From: an uncultured bacterium
GTDB lineage: Bacteria; Armatimonadota; Hebobacteria; CAYNSX01
Length of the DNA: 64,000 bases
Assembly: GCA_964400165.1 (NCBI GenBank)
Contig: CAYNSX010000008.1
Coordinates: 91 to 64,090, forward strand
Direction of reading: 5' to 3'
Shown: positions 48,067 to 58,010 of the stretch, one piece after another
Position numbering within the stretch: the first letter of the stretch is position 1
Layout of the letters: each line of letters begins with the position of its first letter
Made by a program: the position numbers and the translations under genes
The notes under the pieces: model-generated
What the model was told of the DNA's origin: nothing
The model's database searches: none
What the model saw: only the letters and a program-made list of their open reading frames with translations

Positions 48067-48786
48067 CTACATGCTGAACCGCTCGCCGAGATAAAACTGC
48101 CGCGCCTTGGGGTCGTTGGCGAGTTGCGCCGGCGTGCCGGAAGTCAGGATGCTTCCCTTGTGAATGATGTGACTGACATCCGTCACCGACAGCGCCTCGC
48201 GCACATTGTGGTCGGTCAGCAGGATGCCGATCCCCTGCCCGCGCAAGTCATGGATGACATCCTGCAGGTTGGCGATGGACATCGGGTCCACGCCGGTGAA
48301 CGGCTCATCGAGCAGCAGGAACTTCGGCGACGACGCCATCGCCCGCGCCACTTCGACGCGCCGCCGCTCGCCGCCCGACAGCAACTGCGCCGTCTGCTTC
48401 CGCAGCTCCGTCAGATCGTACTGCTGCAGCAACTCCTCGATCCGGGCGCGCCGCTCCGCCCCTGACAATGGCTGCAATTCGAGAATGGCGGCGAGGTTGT
48501 CTTCAACAGACATCTTGCGAAACACCGACGGCTCCTGCGCCAAATAGCCGATGCCGGCCCGCGCCCGGCGGTGCAGCGCCCAGTTCGTGATGTCCGTCTC
48601 GCCGAGGAGCACCCGCCCCCGCTCGCCGCGCACCAAGCCCACCAGCATATAGAAAGTCGTCGTCTTGCCGGCGCCGTTCACCCCCAGCAGGCCCACGACC
48701 TGACCCGGCGCCACCTCGAGCGTCACTTCATTGACGACCCGCCGCTTCCCGTAGGACTTCACCAGCCCGTCAGCGCGGAGGTGCAC
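48067..48786 (-). CDS. lptB: LPS export ABC transporter ATP-binding protein LptB
   Basis: Walker A GVNGAGKTT, LSGGERRR signature, Walker B LLLDEP. Confidence 0.9.
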   Translation of the reverse strand: MHLRADGLVKSYGKRRVVNEVTLEVAPGQVVGLLGVNGAGKTTTFYMLVGLVRGERGRVLLGETDITNWALHRRARAGIGYLAQEPSVFRKMSVEDNLAAILELQPLSGAERRARIEELLQQYDLTELRKQTAQLLSGGERRRVEVARAMASSPKFLLLDEPFTGVDPMSIANLQDVIHDLRGQGIGILLTDHNVREALSVTDVSHIIHKGSILTSGTPAQLANDPKARQFYLGERFSM

Positions 48787-49336
48787 CCGCCCCGCCCCCG
48801 GCGCCCGCCGGCGGCGCCGTGTAGTTCCACTGCATCACTTTCCCTTCAGGTGCTTGCGCCTCGAAATTGACGAACGCGCCCTTCGCCAGTTGCACGCGCA
48901 TCTGCGCCGCGCCCGTGCCCGTGAACATCCCCCCGCCCGCGTCGCGCAGCGTCACGGTGACGGCCTTGCCGAGCAGCGTCGCCGTCTCCTGCGCGGCGAC
49001 ATAGTCGAGCGTCTCGCCCACGGCGTGCAGTTTCATCTCGGCGCCGTCGTCGCCCTTGAAGGTGAGGTCCATCGTCACGCCGCCGCTGGCGTGCGCCGTC
49101 GTCACGCGGTTCTGCCGCAATTGCAAGCGGATGCTCGGCGTCACCAGTGTCAGCCCCGGGAACCGGGCGGTCATCGCCTTGCCGGCGCAGACCAATTCGT
49201 TCGGCGTGTATTGGATGGTGGTAATGCCGTCCATCTTGAGATTGTCGAACGCCACGCTCTGCGGCGGCGCCGCGGCGCCCGACAGCGCCGTCGCCGCACC
49301 GAGAAGCAGCGTCAGCCCCGCCGCCCGCCGCGTCAT
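48770..49336 (-). CDS. LptA/OstA-like periplasmic LPS transport protein
   Basis: Signal peptide plus beta-jellyroll-like sequence. Position between lptC-like and lptB. Confidence 0.55.
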   Translation of the reverse strand: MTRRAAGLTLLLGAATALSGAAAPPQSVAFDNLKMDGITTIQYTPNELVCAGKAMTARFPGLTLVTPSIRLQLRQNRVTTAHASGGVTMDLTFKGDDGAEMKLHAVGETLDYVAAQETATLLGKAVTVTLRDAGGGMFTGTGAAQMRVQLAKGAFVNFEAQAPEGKVMQWNYTAPPAGAGGGAGAPPR

Positions 49337-50022
49337 CGCTGCACCGCGCCCTCGAACCGCAGTGCGCCCGTCATCCGCACATCCTTCAGGCGCGCGTCCG
49401 CTTCCATCCGGTCGCCGCCGGTCAGCCGGGTGGCGCCGCGCACGACGGTGATGTGCCCGGTCGCCGTCAGCCGCCGCGTCACAATGTCCCACACCATCGT
49501 GTCCGCCTGCACCTGCGCGTCCTCCAGCCGGCTGCTCGCCCGCACGCCGCCGGAGAGCGTCACCCGCCGCGCCTTCTCGTCCACGCGCGCCGCCGGCGCC
49601 GTCGCCTCCAGCACTTCCTGGTCGTTCTCGAAGAAGGAACAGCGCACCCCGGTCAGTTCCAGGACGCCCTCATCGCCGCGCCAGTGCACCGATTTCGCGC
49701 TCCCCGACCACGCCCGCCGTCCTTTCAGGTCGCGCACCACTATCGGCCCGCTCGGCACCAAATCGATCGCCCCCGACGACGGCCCAGTGCCCGGCGTCGT
49801 GCCGGGCGGCGGGTTGGTTTCGTCGGTGCCGATCACGACCGGCGGGGTGTTCGCGGGGGGCGGTTGCGGCGCCGAGGCGCACGACATGCCGACCGCGAAC
49901 AGCGCCATCGCCGCCATGCCCGCGGCGACCGCGTGCGGCGAGGGACGGCGGAGCGCGCGGCGCATCATCCTGGTCGGCGCGACGGTAGCATGGTGCGCGC
50001 CGGTGTGTAAAGGAATGTGCAT
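49333..50022 (-). CDS. LptC-like protein (start uncertain)
   Basis: Membrane anchor plus OstA-like domain. Operon context. Confidence 0.45.
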   Translation of the reverse strand: MHIPLHTGAHHATVAPTRMMRRALRRPSPHAVAAGMAAMALFAVGMSCASAPQPPPANTPPVVIGTDETNPPPGTTPGTGPSSGAIDLVPSGPIVVRDLKGRRAWSGSAKSVHWRGDEGVLELTGVRCSFFENDQEVLEATAPAARVDEKARRVTLSGGVRASSRLEDAQVQADTMVWDIVTRRLTATGHITVVRGATRLTGGDRMEADARLKDVRMTGALRFEGAVQR

Positions 50023-50063
50023 AGCGTTTGCCCGTCCCCGTACAATGTGACCGGAGTGGTCGC

Positions 50064-50930
50064 GTGAAAGTCACCCTCGTCAGTTGGACGCCCGAGCCGG
50101 AGCGCATCATCGCCGCCGCCGCGATCCTCTGCTACCAGCGCGCGACGCCCGATGAGGCCTGGGAACAGGCCGCCAGCCCCAAGCGCCAGGAGACCCTCGT
50201 CTCGCGGCTCATTCAGGCCGGTCACTGGAGCGCCGTCGAGCATGTCAGTTTCACCTTCGGCATCGAGGGCATCTCGCGTGTCTGCTCGCACCAACTCGTC
50301 CGCCACCGCATCGCCTCCTACAGTCAGCAGTCGCAGCGCTATGCCGATGTCGGCGATGCGGACTACTTTGTGAAGCCGCCTTCGCTCGCCGAACTCGAAG
50401 CGGGCGAGTCCTGGGGCGACCATCCGCGCTTCGAGGAACTGATCGGGCAGGCCGTGGCCTACTACCGCCATGTCACCGAACGCACCAAGCAGACCGCCCG
50501 CCGCCGCGAGGAGATCTACGAGGACGCCCGTTTCATTCTCCCGCATGCGGGCAAGACCAATCTATTCTGGACGACAAATCTCCGGAATCTGGCGCAAATC
50601 TCCTCCCTGCGGCTCTGCGTGCTCTCCCAGTGGGAAATCCGGCAGGCGATGCTCCTCTGCAAAAAGGAGCTGATGAAGCGCTTCCCCCTGCTGGCCAAAC
50701 TGCTAGTGATAAAATGTATCCGCTGGGGGTATTGCGACGAAGGCGACCGCTGTTGCGGAATCCGGCCCACCCACGAGGCCGTGATGGCCGTCGCCAAGAA
50801 GCACCACGATGAGGTCCTCCGAGTCGACCGTGAGCGAGGCATCAAATACTGGCTCCGTCCCGAAGATGAAGACATCTTCGACCTCCCCCCGCGCCCGCCC
50901 GACACCGCCGAGGTCGAAGGCGAGCGCTGA
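50064..50930 (+). CDS. thyX: FAD-dependent thymidylate synthase ThyX
   Basis: RHRIASYSQQSQRY ThyX motif. GTG start with a GGAG SD 7 nt upstream. The track TTG start at 50028 is less likely. Confidence 0.9.
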   Translation: MKVTLVSWTPEPERIIAAAAILCYQRATPDEAWEQAASPKRQETLVSRLIQAGHWSAVEHVSFTFGIEGISRVCSHQLVRHRIASYSQQSQRYADVGDADYFVKPPSLAELEAGESWGDHPRFEELIGQAVAYYRHVTERTKQTARRREEIYEDARFILPHAGKTNLFWTTNLRNLAQISSLRLCVLSQWEIRQAMLLCKKELMKRFPLLAKLLVIKCIRWGYCDEGDRCCGIRPTHEAVMAVAKKHHDEVLRVDRERGIKYWLRPEDEDIFDLPPRPPDTAEVEGER

Positions 50931-51023
50931 CCTCCGGGACGGCTGCCGCCCGGCGCCGCGTCGCACCCAAAGGAACCGCCAGCCCCGCCCCGTTGTCTTT
51001 GTGAGTGGCAGCGGCGGAGTGGC

Positions 51024-51593
51024 ATGAGCGCCAACCGCCAGCAGCAACTGCGCCAGGAACTGCACCGGCAGTTCGAGGCGCTGGCCGAGCCCTGCCACGG
51101 CGACATTTACCGGTGGGCGCTGCGCCTGACGCGCAATGCCGACCGGGCGGCGGACCTGACGCAGGAAGCGTTCCTCCGCGCCTTTGAAAAGTTTTATCAG
51201 TTTCAAGAAGGGACCAACTTCCGCGCCTGGGTCTCGAAAATTATGGTGAACATCCACATCGCCGACTATCGCAAGCGCCGCCACGCGCCGGATCAGGTCG
51301 CCTGGCAATACCTGACGCGGCCCGACGAGCACCGCCTCGCCGCTGCCGGCAACGGCCAGATGAATCCCGAAGCGGTGTATCTGGCGAAGGCACCCCTGGA
51401 GCGCGTCCGCCGCGCCGTCGACGACCTCCCCGAGCCGTACCGCGACGCGGTGCGCCTCGCCGACTTTGAAGAGTTGCCTTACGAAGAGATCAGCCGGAAA
51501 CTCGCCGTCCCCATCGGCACCGTCCGCTCCCGCATCGCCCGCGGGCGGAAGTTGGTGATTGACGCCCTGCGCCACGAAGCGGAGGCCGGATGA
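51024..51593 (+). CDS. ECF-type RNA polymerase sigma factor
   Basis: Region 2 (DLTQEAFLRAFEKF) and region 4 (SYEEISRKLAVPIGTVRSRIARGR). Confidence 0.85.
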   Translation: MSANRQQQLRQELHRQFEALAEPCHGDIYRWALRLTRNADRAADLTQEAFLRAFEKFYQFQEGTNFRAWVSKIMVNIHIADYRKRRHAPDQVAWQYLTRPDEHRLAAAGNGQMNPEAVYLAKAPLERVRRAVDDLPEPYRDAVRLADFEELPYEEISRKLAVPIGTVRSRIARGRKLVIDALRHEAEAG

Positions 51594-52408
51594 GCCGGTT
51601 GCGCCGCTGGCGGGCGCATGTCATCTGCGCCCTCACCAAGCCCTGGCTCGCCGCCCTGGTCGACGGCGAAATCAAGGGCCGCTGGTGGGCGTCGGTGGTC
51701 GTCAAGCACCTCGAAGAGTGCCCCCCCTGCGCCGAACTCGTCGAGCAAATGCGCGCTACGAAGTCTGTCGTCGCCGACGCCGCCGGGCCCGCCCCCCAGC
51801 CGCCGGCGTCGCTCTGGCCCGCCATCGAACAGCGCCTGGCCGAAGCCCCCGTCCACTACCCGGCGCGCTTCGCGCCCCTGTGGGCGCCGGTGGGCGTCTT
51901 CCTCGTCGCCGTGATCGGCGTCACCATTGTCCTGCTCGCCCGGCACCCCACGCCGGCGCTCGCCGCCGAGCAATTCCGGCGGCACTATATGCAGTCGCTC
52001 CCGTCGCGCAAGTTCGGCGAATTGGAAGTCAGCGACACGGCCGCTGCGCAATCGTGGCTGCAGCAGCGCGTCACCTTCACCTGTCACCTGATGCCGCAGA
52101 TGGCGGGCTATGCGCTGGCGCAAGTCGGCACGATGAGCGACGAGACCGGACGCACCGTCGCCGTCGCGGCCTTCCGCCACGATGATGAATTGGTGGTGCT
52201 CTACGCCATGCCCAGCGCCGGCGCGACGCCGCCGCCCTGGGACCGGGACCGCACCGAGAACGGCGACATCTATGTCACTTCGGTCACGGGCACCTATCTG
52301 GCCTGCTGGGTGCACGGCGCGACGATGTACCTGGCGATCGGCCGGCGGCCGCTGGTGCGCTTCGCCCGCGATTGCCTGGCGGACATGAACGGCCGCCGGC
52401 CCTACTAG
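51590..52408 (+). CDS. Anti-sigma factor, zf-HC2 type, membrane-spanning
   Basis: HLEECPPCAELV zinc motif, TM VGVFLVAVIGVTIVLLA, ATGA-coupled to the sigma gene. Confidence 0.7.
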   Translation: MSRLRRWRAHVICALTKPWLAALVDGEIKGRWWASVVVKHLEECPPCAELVEQMRATKSVVADAAGPAPQPPASLWPAIEQRLAEAPVHYPARFAPLWAPVGVFLVAVIGVTIVLLARHPTPALAAEQFRRHYMQSLPSRKFGELEVSDTAAAQSWLQQRVTFTCHLMPQMAGYALAQVGTMSDETGRTVAVAAFRHDDELVVLYAMPSAGATPPPWDRDRTENGDIYVTSVTGTYLACWVHGATMYLAIGRRPLVRFARDCLADMNGRRPY

Positions 52409-52413
52409 GTCAT

Positions 52414-52722
52414 CTAGTATTCCGCGTCGAGTTCCCGCAAGTACGCCACGATGTGCCAAATCTGACTCGACAGCATCTTGTCGCCGAAGGCTGGCATCGG
52501 ATGCGAGCCGTGCAGCACCCGCGTCACGATCTGTTCGTCCGTCAAATCGCGCAGCCGGTCCTGCAGATTGGCGGCGCCGTTCTTGATGCCCTCGGGCGTT
52601 TGCGCCCGCCCGTCCGGTCCGTGGCAGCGGAAACAATTCTTTTCATACAGGGCCTGGCCGGTCACTTGGTCGCCTTTGTAGGGCGGCGGCGCCGGGGACG
52701 GCGACGCGCAACTGCCCAGCAT
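52414..52722 (-). CDS. Class I c-type cytochrome (monoheme). The N-terminal lipoprotein-like signal may extend further upstream, so the start is uncertain
   Basis: CFRCHG heme-binding motif. The track ORF start (52914) overlaps the upstream cytochrome gene by 125 nt. Confidence 0.65.
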   Translation of the reverse strand: MLGSCASPSPAPPPYKGDQVTGQALYEKNCFRCHGPDGRAQTPEGIKNGAANLQDRLRDLTDEQIVTRVLHGSHPMPAFGDKMLSSQIWHIVAYLRELDAEY

Positions 52723-52789
52723 CACAGTCAGGACGACCACGCCCGGAAACAGCCAGCCCCGGCCCGCGCACCGCGCTGGCCCGCATCGC

Positions 52790-53212
52790 CTACTGCTTGA
52801 CGATGAGTTTCCGCAGGTAGGCGACGACATTCTCGATGTCGTCCGCCGAGAGTTTCGACCCGAACGCATCCATCTTGCCGACGCCGTTGGTGATATTGGC
52901 GGCCAACTGCTCATCCGTTCGCCGGTCGAGGAGGTCGTGCAGGTCGGGCGTGTTCACCGCGCGCCCCATCCGGGCCTTGCCGGTGCCGTCGACATCGTGA
53001 CACTTCGCGCACTGCATCTCATAGACGGTCTTGCCCGCCGCGGCATCGCCCGCAGTCGCCGGTGGCACGGGCACCGGCGTGGTGTTCGTCACCGTGTTGG
53101 TCGCGGGCGGCGTGTTGATGGCCGGGCCACCGGTGCCGATGCAACTGGTTAACATGACCGTGAGCGTCAACAGTCCGGGCAGCGCCCACCGCCAGCCCCG
53201 TCGCCGCCGCAT
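52790..53212 (-). CDS. Class I c-type cytochrome, lipoprotein
   Basis: Lipobox LTSC after signal peptide MRRRRGWRWALPGLLTLTVM. CAKCHD heme motif. Confidence 0.75.
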   Translation of the reverse strand: MRRRRGWRWALPGLLTLTVMLTSCIGTGGPAINTPPATNTVTNTTPVPVPPATAGDAAAGKTVYEMQCAKCHDVDGTGKARMGRAVNTPDLHDLLDRRTDEQLAANITNGVGKMDAFGSKLSADDIENVVAYLRKLIVKQ

Positions 53213-53218
53213 CGCGCC

Positions 53219-53350
53219 CTAACCGATCAGCCCGAAGGCGGCGATGAGCCAAAGCGAGGCGAAAAAGCCGGCGAAATACAGCACATACCAGAGCGCGGTA
53301 AAGTCGCGCTCGGGCGCCGTCTTGGGCGCGTTTTCAGGTTCCGTCGCCAT
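53219..53350 (-). CDS. Possible 43-aa single-TM protein (MATEPENAPK...FFASLWLIAAFGLIG)
   Basis: Untracked small ORF between the MvhD-like and cytochrome c genes. Hydrophobic C-terminus. Confidence 0.3.
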   Translation of the reverse strand: MATEPENAPKTAPERDFTALWYVLYFAGFFASLWLIAAFGLIG

Positions 53351-53780
53351 CGCCGGTCTCCGCCTTCGCTGGAGTTGTACCCCCGCCCGCCTCTTTCGCG
53401 CGCAGGAAATCGGTGAAATCCTTCAAGGTTTGCAGCAGATTGCCGTACTCGCCCGCGGCGAAATACAAGGTGCGCACCCGCTCCTTGTCCACCGACGCCT
53501 TCAATTTCGGCGTCATCGTCCCCGCGAAGCGCTCCTCGCAGAACAGGTTGCCCTCGCGGAAGTGGCAGTCGCCGATCGGGCAGCCGAGCGCGAAGTAGCC
53601 CGAGGCGCCGTTCTTCAGCGCCATCTCGCCCCAGCCGGCCTTGATCATCCCCGAGCACGGCACCTTGATGACGCCGACATTCGGCAACTCCTTCAGCCGG
53701 CCGCGCTCGTCCACTTTCCCCTCATCCCACAGGCGCACCGCCCATTCGCAGCACATCCCGACGATCCGCGGGTCGGCCAT
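53334..53780 (-). CDS. MvhD/FlpD-like iron-sulfur protein (methyl-viologen-reducing hydrogenase delta subunit family)
   Basis: VPCSGMIKAGW...GASGYFALGCPIGDCHFREGNLFCEERF matches the MvhD Cys pattern. Confidence 0.55.
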   Translation of the reverse strand: MADPRIVGMCCEWAVRLWDEGKVDERGRLKELPNVGVIKVPCSGMIKAGWGEMALKNGASGYFALGCPIGDCHFREGNLFCEERFAGTMTPKLKASVDKERVRTLYFAAGEYGNLLQTLKDFTDFLRAKEAGGGTTPAKAETGDGDGT

Positions 53781-54913
53781 CAGGCGTCCCCCTTCGCCAG
53801 CGCCACCACCATCTCATCCAGCGCCTTCTCCCGGTAGCCGGGCAGTTCGATCGCCTGGAAGTTGCACGAGCCGACGCAGATGCCGCACTCGACGCACCGC
53901 GCCTCGAGCACCTGCGCCAGGAACTTCGGCTTGGACCCTCGCTTCACCGCGGTCGGCACCATGATGATGGCGTTCGCCGTGCAGTCCTTGGCGCAGATGT
54001 AACAGCCGACGCACTTCTCCTCGATGACCTCGGCCACATTCGAGTAGGGCCGCTGCGTGTAGTAGGGCAGGAAGAACAGCACCACCGTGATGAAGAACAG
54101 CAGCGCCACCACCTGCACCGCCGGCAACGACGCCGTCAGCACATACGGCAGCAGGAAGAACCAGTCCACTTCCATGCCCGACGGCGGCAGCACCGGGTTG
54201 CCCGGCGTCGCCGTGCTCACCGCCGGATACAGCGCCGCGATCACCAGCAGCGTGCCGAACGCCATCAACTGCAGCGCCCGCGGCGGATACACCACCGCCC
54301 GGCTGATGCGATAGAAGTGCCACCACATCAGGAAGAAGAACAGGAACGGCAATCCGATGTGGAAGAACAGGAACCGCGACAAGGTGAGATCGTTGATCGC
54401 CGCCCCGCCCAGGAAGAACCCCGACAGCCACACGCCGGCGCCCGGAATCTGCCGCAGCGCATCCGCCGTCACTTGCGTAATGAGAATGGCGCGCTCGTCC
54501 CAGGCCAGCACATACCCGCTGATGCCGATGAAGAACACGAACGCCAGCATCACCACGCCCGAAATCCACTGGTTGGTGCGCGCCGCGCGGTACCGGTCGG
54601 TCAGCCACACCCGCAGCAGATGCAGGAAGGAGAAAATGACAAACGCATCGCCGCCGTAGCGGTGCAGACTGCGCACGATGCTGCCGTAGGGCACCGTCGT
54701 CGTGAACCAGGTGACGCTGGCATAGGCGCCTTCGAGCGTCGGCACGAAATACATGAAAATGAAGATGCCCGTCAGCACCTCGAGCCAGAACACCAGACTC
54801 GGCCACGATGAGTGGTAGTAGACGAAATTGAACCGGCTGCCGAACACCTTGTTCAGCAGGCGGTCGATCTGAATCCACCAGTAGCCGGCCGATTTCAGGA
54901 ACGCTTCGTACAT
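53780..54913 (-). CDS. Cytochrome b (b6-like N-terminal domain) fused to a C-terminal 2x[4Fe-4S] ferredoxin domain
   Basis: Heme-ligand His in TM helices (HRYGGDAFVIFSFLHLLRV, FFHIGLPF). CVGCYICAKDC and CVECGICVGSC cluster motifs. Confidence 0.8.
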   Translation of the reverse strand: MYEAFLKSAGYWWIQIDRLLNKVFGSRFNFVYYHSSWPSLVFWLEVLTGIFIFMYFVPTLEGAYASVTWFTTTVPYGSIVRSLHRYGGDAFVIFSFLHLLRVWLTDRYRAARTNQWISGVVMLAFVFFIGISGYVLAWDERAILITQVTADALRQIPGAGVWLSGFFLGGAAINDLTLSRFLFFHIGLPFLFFFLMWWHFYRISRAVVYPPRALQLMAFGTLLVIAALYPAVSTATPGNPVLPPSGMEVDWFFLLPYVLTASLPAVQVVALLFFITVVLFFLPYYTQRPYSNVAEVIEEKCVGCYICAKDCTANAIIMVPTAVKRGSKPKFLAQVLEARCVECGICVGSCNFQAIELPGYREKALDEMVVALAKGDA

Positions 54914-55368
54914 CAGGCCGCCCCCGCCGCTTCTTCTTCCGCCGGCACGAAGACATTCTGATAGACCAGGTCGCTCACCGCCAGCAGCAGCAGAATGGCG
55001 CCCAGCAGCAGCGCAATCTGTTCGTAGTTCCGGCTGACGCCCTTCCGGTCGTTGGTCGCCGGCGCGGTGACTTCGGCGATCTTCTCGCGCAGCGGCCGCA
55101 GTTTTGCGTCCACCTCAATCTGCTTCTCCGCCTGGGCCTTCGCCGACAATTGCGACCGGTATTGGAAGTTCTGCTCCGGATCGAGCGGCTTGTCCGGCGC
55201 GGCGGGCTTCGGGGGCTCGACCTTCGTGGTCGCCAGGGCCACCGTCTGCTCACGCACCGCCGGGTCGTCGAGCGGGCTGGTCAGTTGCACCGTCACCGCC
55301 AGACCGCCCAGCGCGAAACTCGCCAGCGCCGTCGCCGCGAACACCAGCACCGCCAGCGCCACTTTCAT
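54913..55368 (-). CDS. Membrane protein with N- and C-terminal TM segments, unknown function
   Basis: MKVALAVLVFAATALASFALGGLAV and LLLGAILLLLAVSDLV. ATGA-coupled on both sides. Confidence 0.45.
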   Translation of the reverse strand: MKVALAVLVFAATALASFALGGLAVTVQLTSPLDDPAVREQTVALATTKVEPPKPAAPDKPLDPEQNFQYRSQLSAKAQAEKQIEVDAKLRPLREKIAEVTAPATNDRKGVSRNYEQIALLLGAILLLLAVSDLVYQNVFVPAEEEAAGAA

Positions 55369-55631
55369 CGGCGCTTCCCCGTCGGCCGCGGCGCCAGTCG
55401 CGCCAGCAGCCACTCGAATGGCGCCAGCCGCCGCTCCAGTTTCCCACTCGCCCGGAACCGGGCGTAATCCAGAAACGCCACCCCCGTCACGCACACCAGC
55501 ACCAGCAGCGCCGAGGCCGCCAGCCCGAACGGCGCCCACGACGACTGCCCCAGCGCCCGCCACGCGGCGAAGAACCAACTCAACGCCACCACCGCCCCCA
55601 AAAACAGCGTCCACCACAGCGCCCGCTTCAT
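55365..55631 (-). CDS. Small two-TM membrane protein (88 aa)
   Basis: MKRALWWTLFLGAVVALSWFFAAW and LAASALLVLVCVTGVAFL. Confidence 0.45.
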   Translation of the reverse strand: MKRALWWTLFLGAVVALSWFFAAWRALGQSSWAPFGLAASALLVLVCVTGVAFLDYARFRASGKLERRLAPFEWLLARLAPRPTGKRR

Positions 55632-57397
55632 GGCGCCGGAGCCCCTGCCGCCAGTTTCGCCGGCTGCGCCGCCGGCTTGGGCGCCGTCCGCAGCGCGCCA
55701 TACGCCCAGCCCAGCCCGCCGCCCGCCAGCATCGCCACCGCCCAGCCGGGCCACAGCCACGCCAGCCGCCGGGCAACGATGATGCCGACCTCAATCCCCT
55801 CGTTCACATCAGGAGTGGCCAGGTTGTCCGGGATGCCCTGCGCACCGAACACGGCCACCGTGAAGATGAGGAAGTACACCACCATCGCCAGCGCCGTCCC
55901 GCGCCGCGCCGAATCCGGCAGCGTGCGGAAGTGCCAATACATCGCCAGCATGAACGGGATCGCCGGAATGCCCACCGCCAGGTTGTAGAGGACGCGCACC
56001 TGCACGATGTTCTGCGGCCAGGGGCCGAAGTACAAGTGCGCCTCGCTCCACTTGCCCATCGCCATCATCTTTGCGTTCAGCCACAACACCATTCCGTGGA
56101 ACATCCCCGGCGTGCCGTAGGTCGCCGCCCCGGCGCGGTACATCCCCTCGAGGCAGAAGATGTAAATCAGGAACGCGATCGGCACCCACAACGCCAACGC
56201 CGACAACCCGAAGAATGGTTTCGTCTTTCGCTTCTGCGGATATTGCAGCACCCAGCCCGCCAGCACCGCCACGAACATGCTCATATACCAGATGTAGGGA
56301 TCCTTGTTGATGTTTACATAACTGATGATGATCATGAACGAGAACAAGATCCAATACAGCAGCGCCATCACCCCAATGATGATGAACAGCGGCCGCTTCG
56401 ACGCCAGCCGCTCGCGGATGGTGTCGAACCACGGCATCATAATCGCCACCGCCGGCAGCAGCATCGTACCGATGACCGCCGGCACCGGCTTCATCTCCTT
56501 GAACATCTGATACAGCGCCAGGAAATACCAGTCCGACAGCACGGGCACCGGCGTCGTATCCGGGTCGGCGCGCGGGCCCATTGTCGCCGGCAGCATCGCC
56601 GACACGATGATGACCATCAGCGAGTAGGTCACAATCGTCGGCCAGGGCAGGTTCATCCGGCTGACCTTCACCCACGGCGTGTTGATCGCCGGATAGCGCC
56701 GCTTGTAGAAGTGTAGTTCCGTCAGCAGGATGAGCAGCAGCGAGAAGGTGTAGTGCAGCATATAGAACCGCGTGATCGTCGCCGGTCCGATCCCCGACCC
56801 GCCCAGCAGCAGTTGCGCGGTCAGCACCCCCATCCGGGTCAGGCCGAGGTACGGCATATCGTCCATGTAGGTCGGGAAGGTGGCGAAGACCTTCGTCGCC
56901 CAGAACGCCCGCTGGTTCCAGATGAGCAGGTAGCCCGTCAGCCCCGAATACATCCCGAAGAGCAGCAGGATGATGGCAATGGCGTAACTCAATTCGCCGG
57001 GCCGCTTGTATTCGCCGCAGAACACCATCCGGAAGATGCGCGCGGTGATCAGGATGATGAACGCGTCGGCGCCATACTTGTGCACCCCGCGGATGAGCCA
57101 GCCGAGCGGAATGCCGTGTTGAATTGTGTTGATGCTGTCCCAGGCGTTGGTCTCGGTGGGGATGTACCAGAACATCAGCACGAAGCCGGTAATCAAGACC
57201 AGAACGAGGTAGTAGTACGCGCCGCCACCGGCCAGGAACAGCGGGTTCCGGCGCTTCTCCGCATCGGTGGCGTGTTCGTCGAAGAGGTCGAGGTTGTCCA
57301 GCCGGACCCGCCACCAGCGGGCCGTGCGGTCGAGCACCGCCGCCGGGCGCCAGTACGCAAGCAGGCGGTGCAGGCGGCTGGTCTGCACTTCAGGCAA
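55628..57397 (-). CDS. Cytochrome b of a bc-type complex, long form (589 aa, extra C-terminal TM helices)
   Basis: GADAFIILITARIFRMVF and b6/b N-terminal domain features, followed by a subunit-IV-like region. Confidence 0.85.
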   Translation of the reverse strand: MPEVQTSRLHRLLAYWRPAAVLDRTARWWRVRLDNLDLFDEHATDAEKRRNPLFLAGGGAYYYLVLVLITGFVLMFWYIPTETNAWDSINTIQHGIPLGWLIRGVHKYGADAFIILITARIFRMVFCGEYKRPGELSYAIAIILLLFGMYSGLTGYLLIWNQRAFWATKVFATFPTYMDDMPYLGLTRMGVLTAQLLLGGSGIGPATITRFYMLHYTFSLLLILLTELHFYKRRYPAINTPWVKVSRMNLPWPTIVTYSLMVIIVSAMLPATMGPRADPDTTPVPVLSDWYFLALYQMFKEMKPVPAVIGTMLLPAVAIMMPWFDTIRERLASKRPLFIIIGVMALLYWILFSFMIIISYVNINKDPYIWYMSMFVAVLAGWVLQYPQKRKTKPFFGLSALALWVPIAFLIYIFCLEGMYRAGAATYGTPGMFHGMVLWLNAKMMAMGKWSEAHLYFGPWPQNIVQVRVLYNLAVGIPAIPFMLAMYWHFRTLPDSARRGTALAMVVYFLIFTVAVFGAQGIPDNLATPDVNEGIEVGIIVARRLAWLWPGWAVAMLAGGGLGWAYGALRTAPKPAAQPAKLAAGAPAP

Positions 57398-58010
57398 TGC
57401 CGCCCGCCTCCCAGCCGGTCACGCGCACATCACCCTCGGCGGTGACGCTGTAGAAGAACCGCCGCGGCGGCCGCGGCGCCGGGCCGAAGATGACCTTGCC
57501 CGCCTCCGCCAGATCGTAAGTGCTGAAGTGGCACGGACAGGCGAAGACCGGGTTGTCCGGCAGGCGCCCCTCGGGCACGCTGTAGGCGCTGGTGATGTGC
57601 TTCTTGTCGGTCTCGAAATTGAAGATGCAGCCCAGGTGCGGGCAGATGCGCGCGTAGACCGCGATGCCGTCCTTCTTCTCCGACTCCGTCGTGCGCGCCG
57701 GTTCCGGCAGTTTGACGATGTACCCGGGCACGCGCGTGATGTTGATTTTGCGGGGGGAATACTCGACCGACTTCTGCTGAAAGACGAATTCCGCGATCGA
57801 CCAGTCTTGGGCCAGGATCGGGTCCTTGACATTCCCCACCACCTGCTCCGCGCCGGGCGTCACCGACAGCGCCCGCTGCCCCAGCGGGATGGGGGGCGCG
57901 TCCGGCTTGAACAGCCGCAACAGCGACGGCACGATGGCGCCCGCCAGCGACAGCACCGGCAGCGCCGCCAGCCACTTCACCGCTGTCAGCAGAAAACTCC
58001 GCCGTTTCAT
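57390..58010 (-). CDS. Rieske [2Fe-2S] iron-sulfur protein with a Tat signal
   Basis: MKRRSFLL twin-Arg signal. CPHLGC...CPCHFS Rieske boxes. Confidence 0.85.
   Translation of the reverse strand: MKRRSFLLTAVKWLAALPVLSLAGAIVPSLLRLFKPDAPPIPLGQRALSVTPGAEQVVGNVKDPILAQDWSIAEFVFQQKSVEYSPRKINITRVPGYIVKLPEPARTTESEKKDGIAVYARICPHLGCIFNFETDKKHITSAYSVPEGRLPDNPVFACPCHFSTYDLAEAGKVIFGPAPRPPRRFFYSVTAEGDVRVTGWEAGGIA

Noticed and set aside
46865-48094. 409-aa plus ORF (Arg/Pro/Gln-rich) antisense to lptF/G
   Set aside because: Low complexity. The opposite strand encodes a recognisable permease
55052-56716. 554-aa plus ORF antisense to the long cytochrome b
   Set aside because: Antisense artefact. The minus-strand product has heme-ligand motifs
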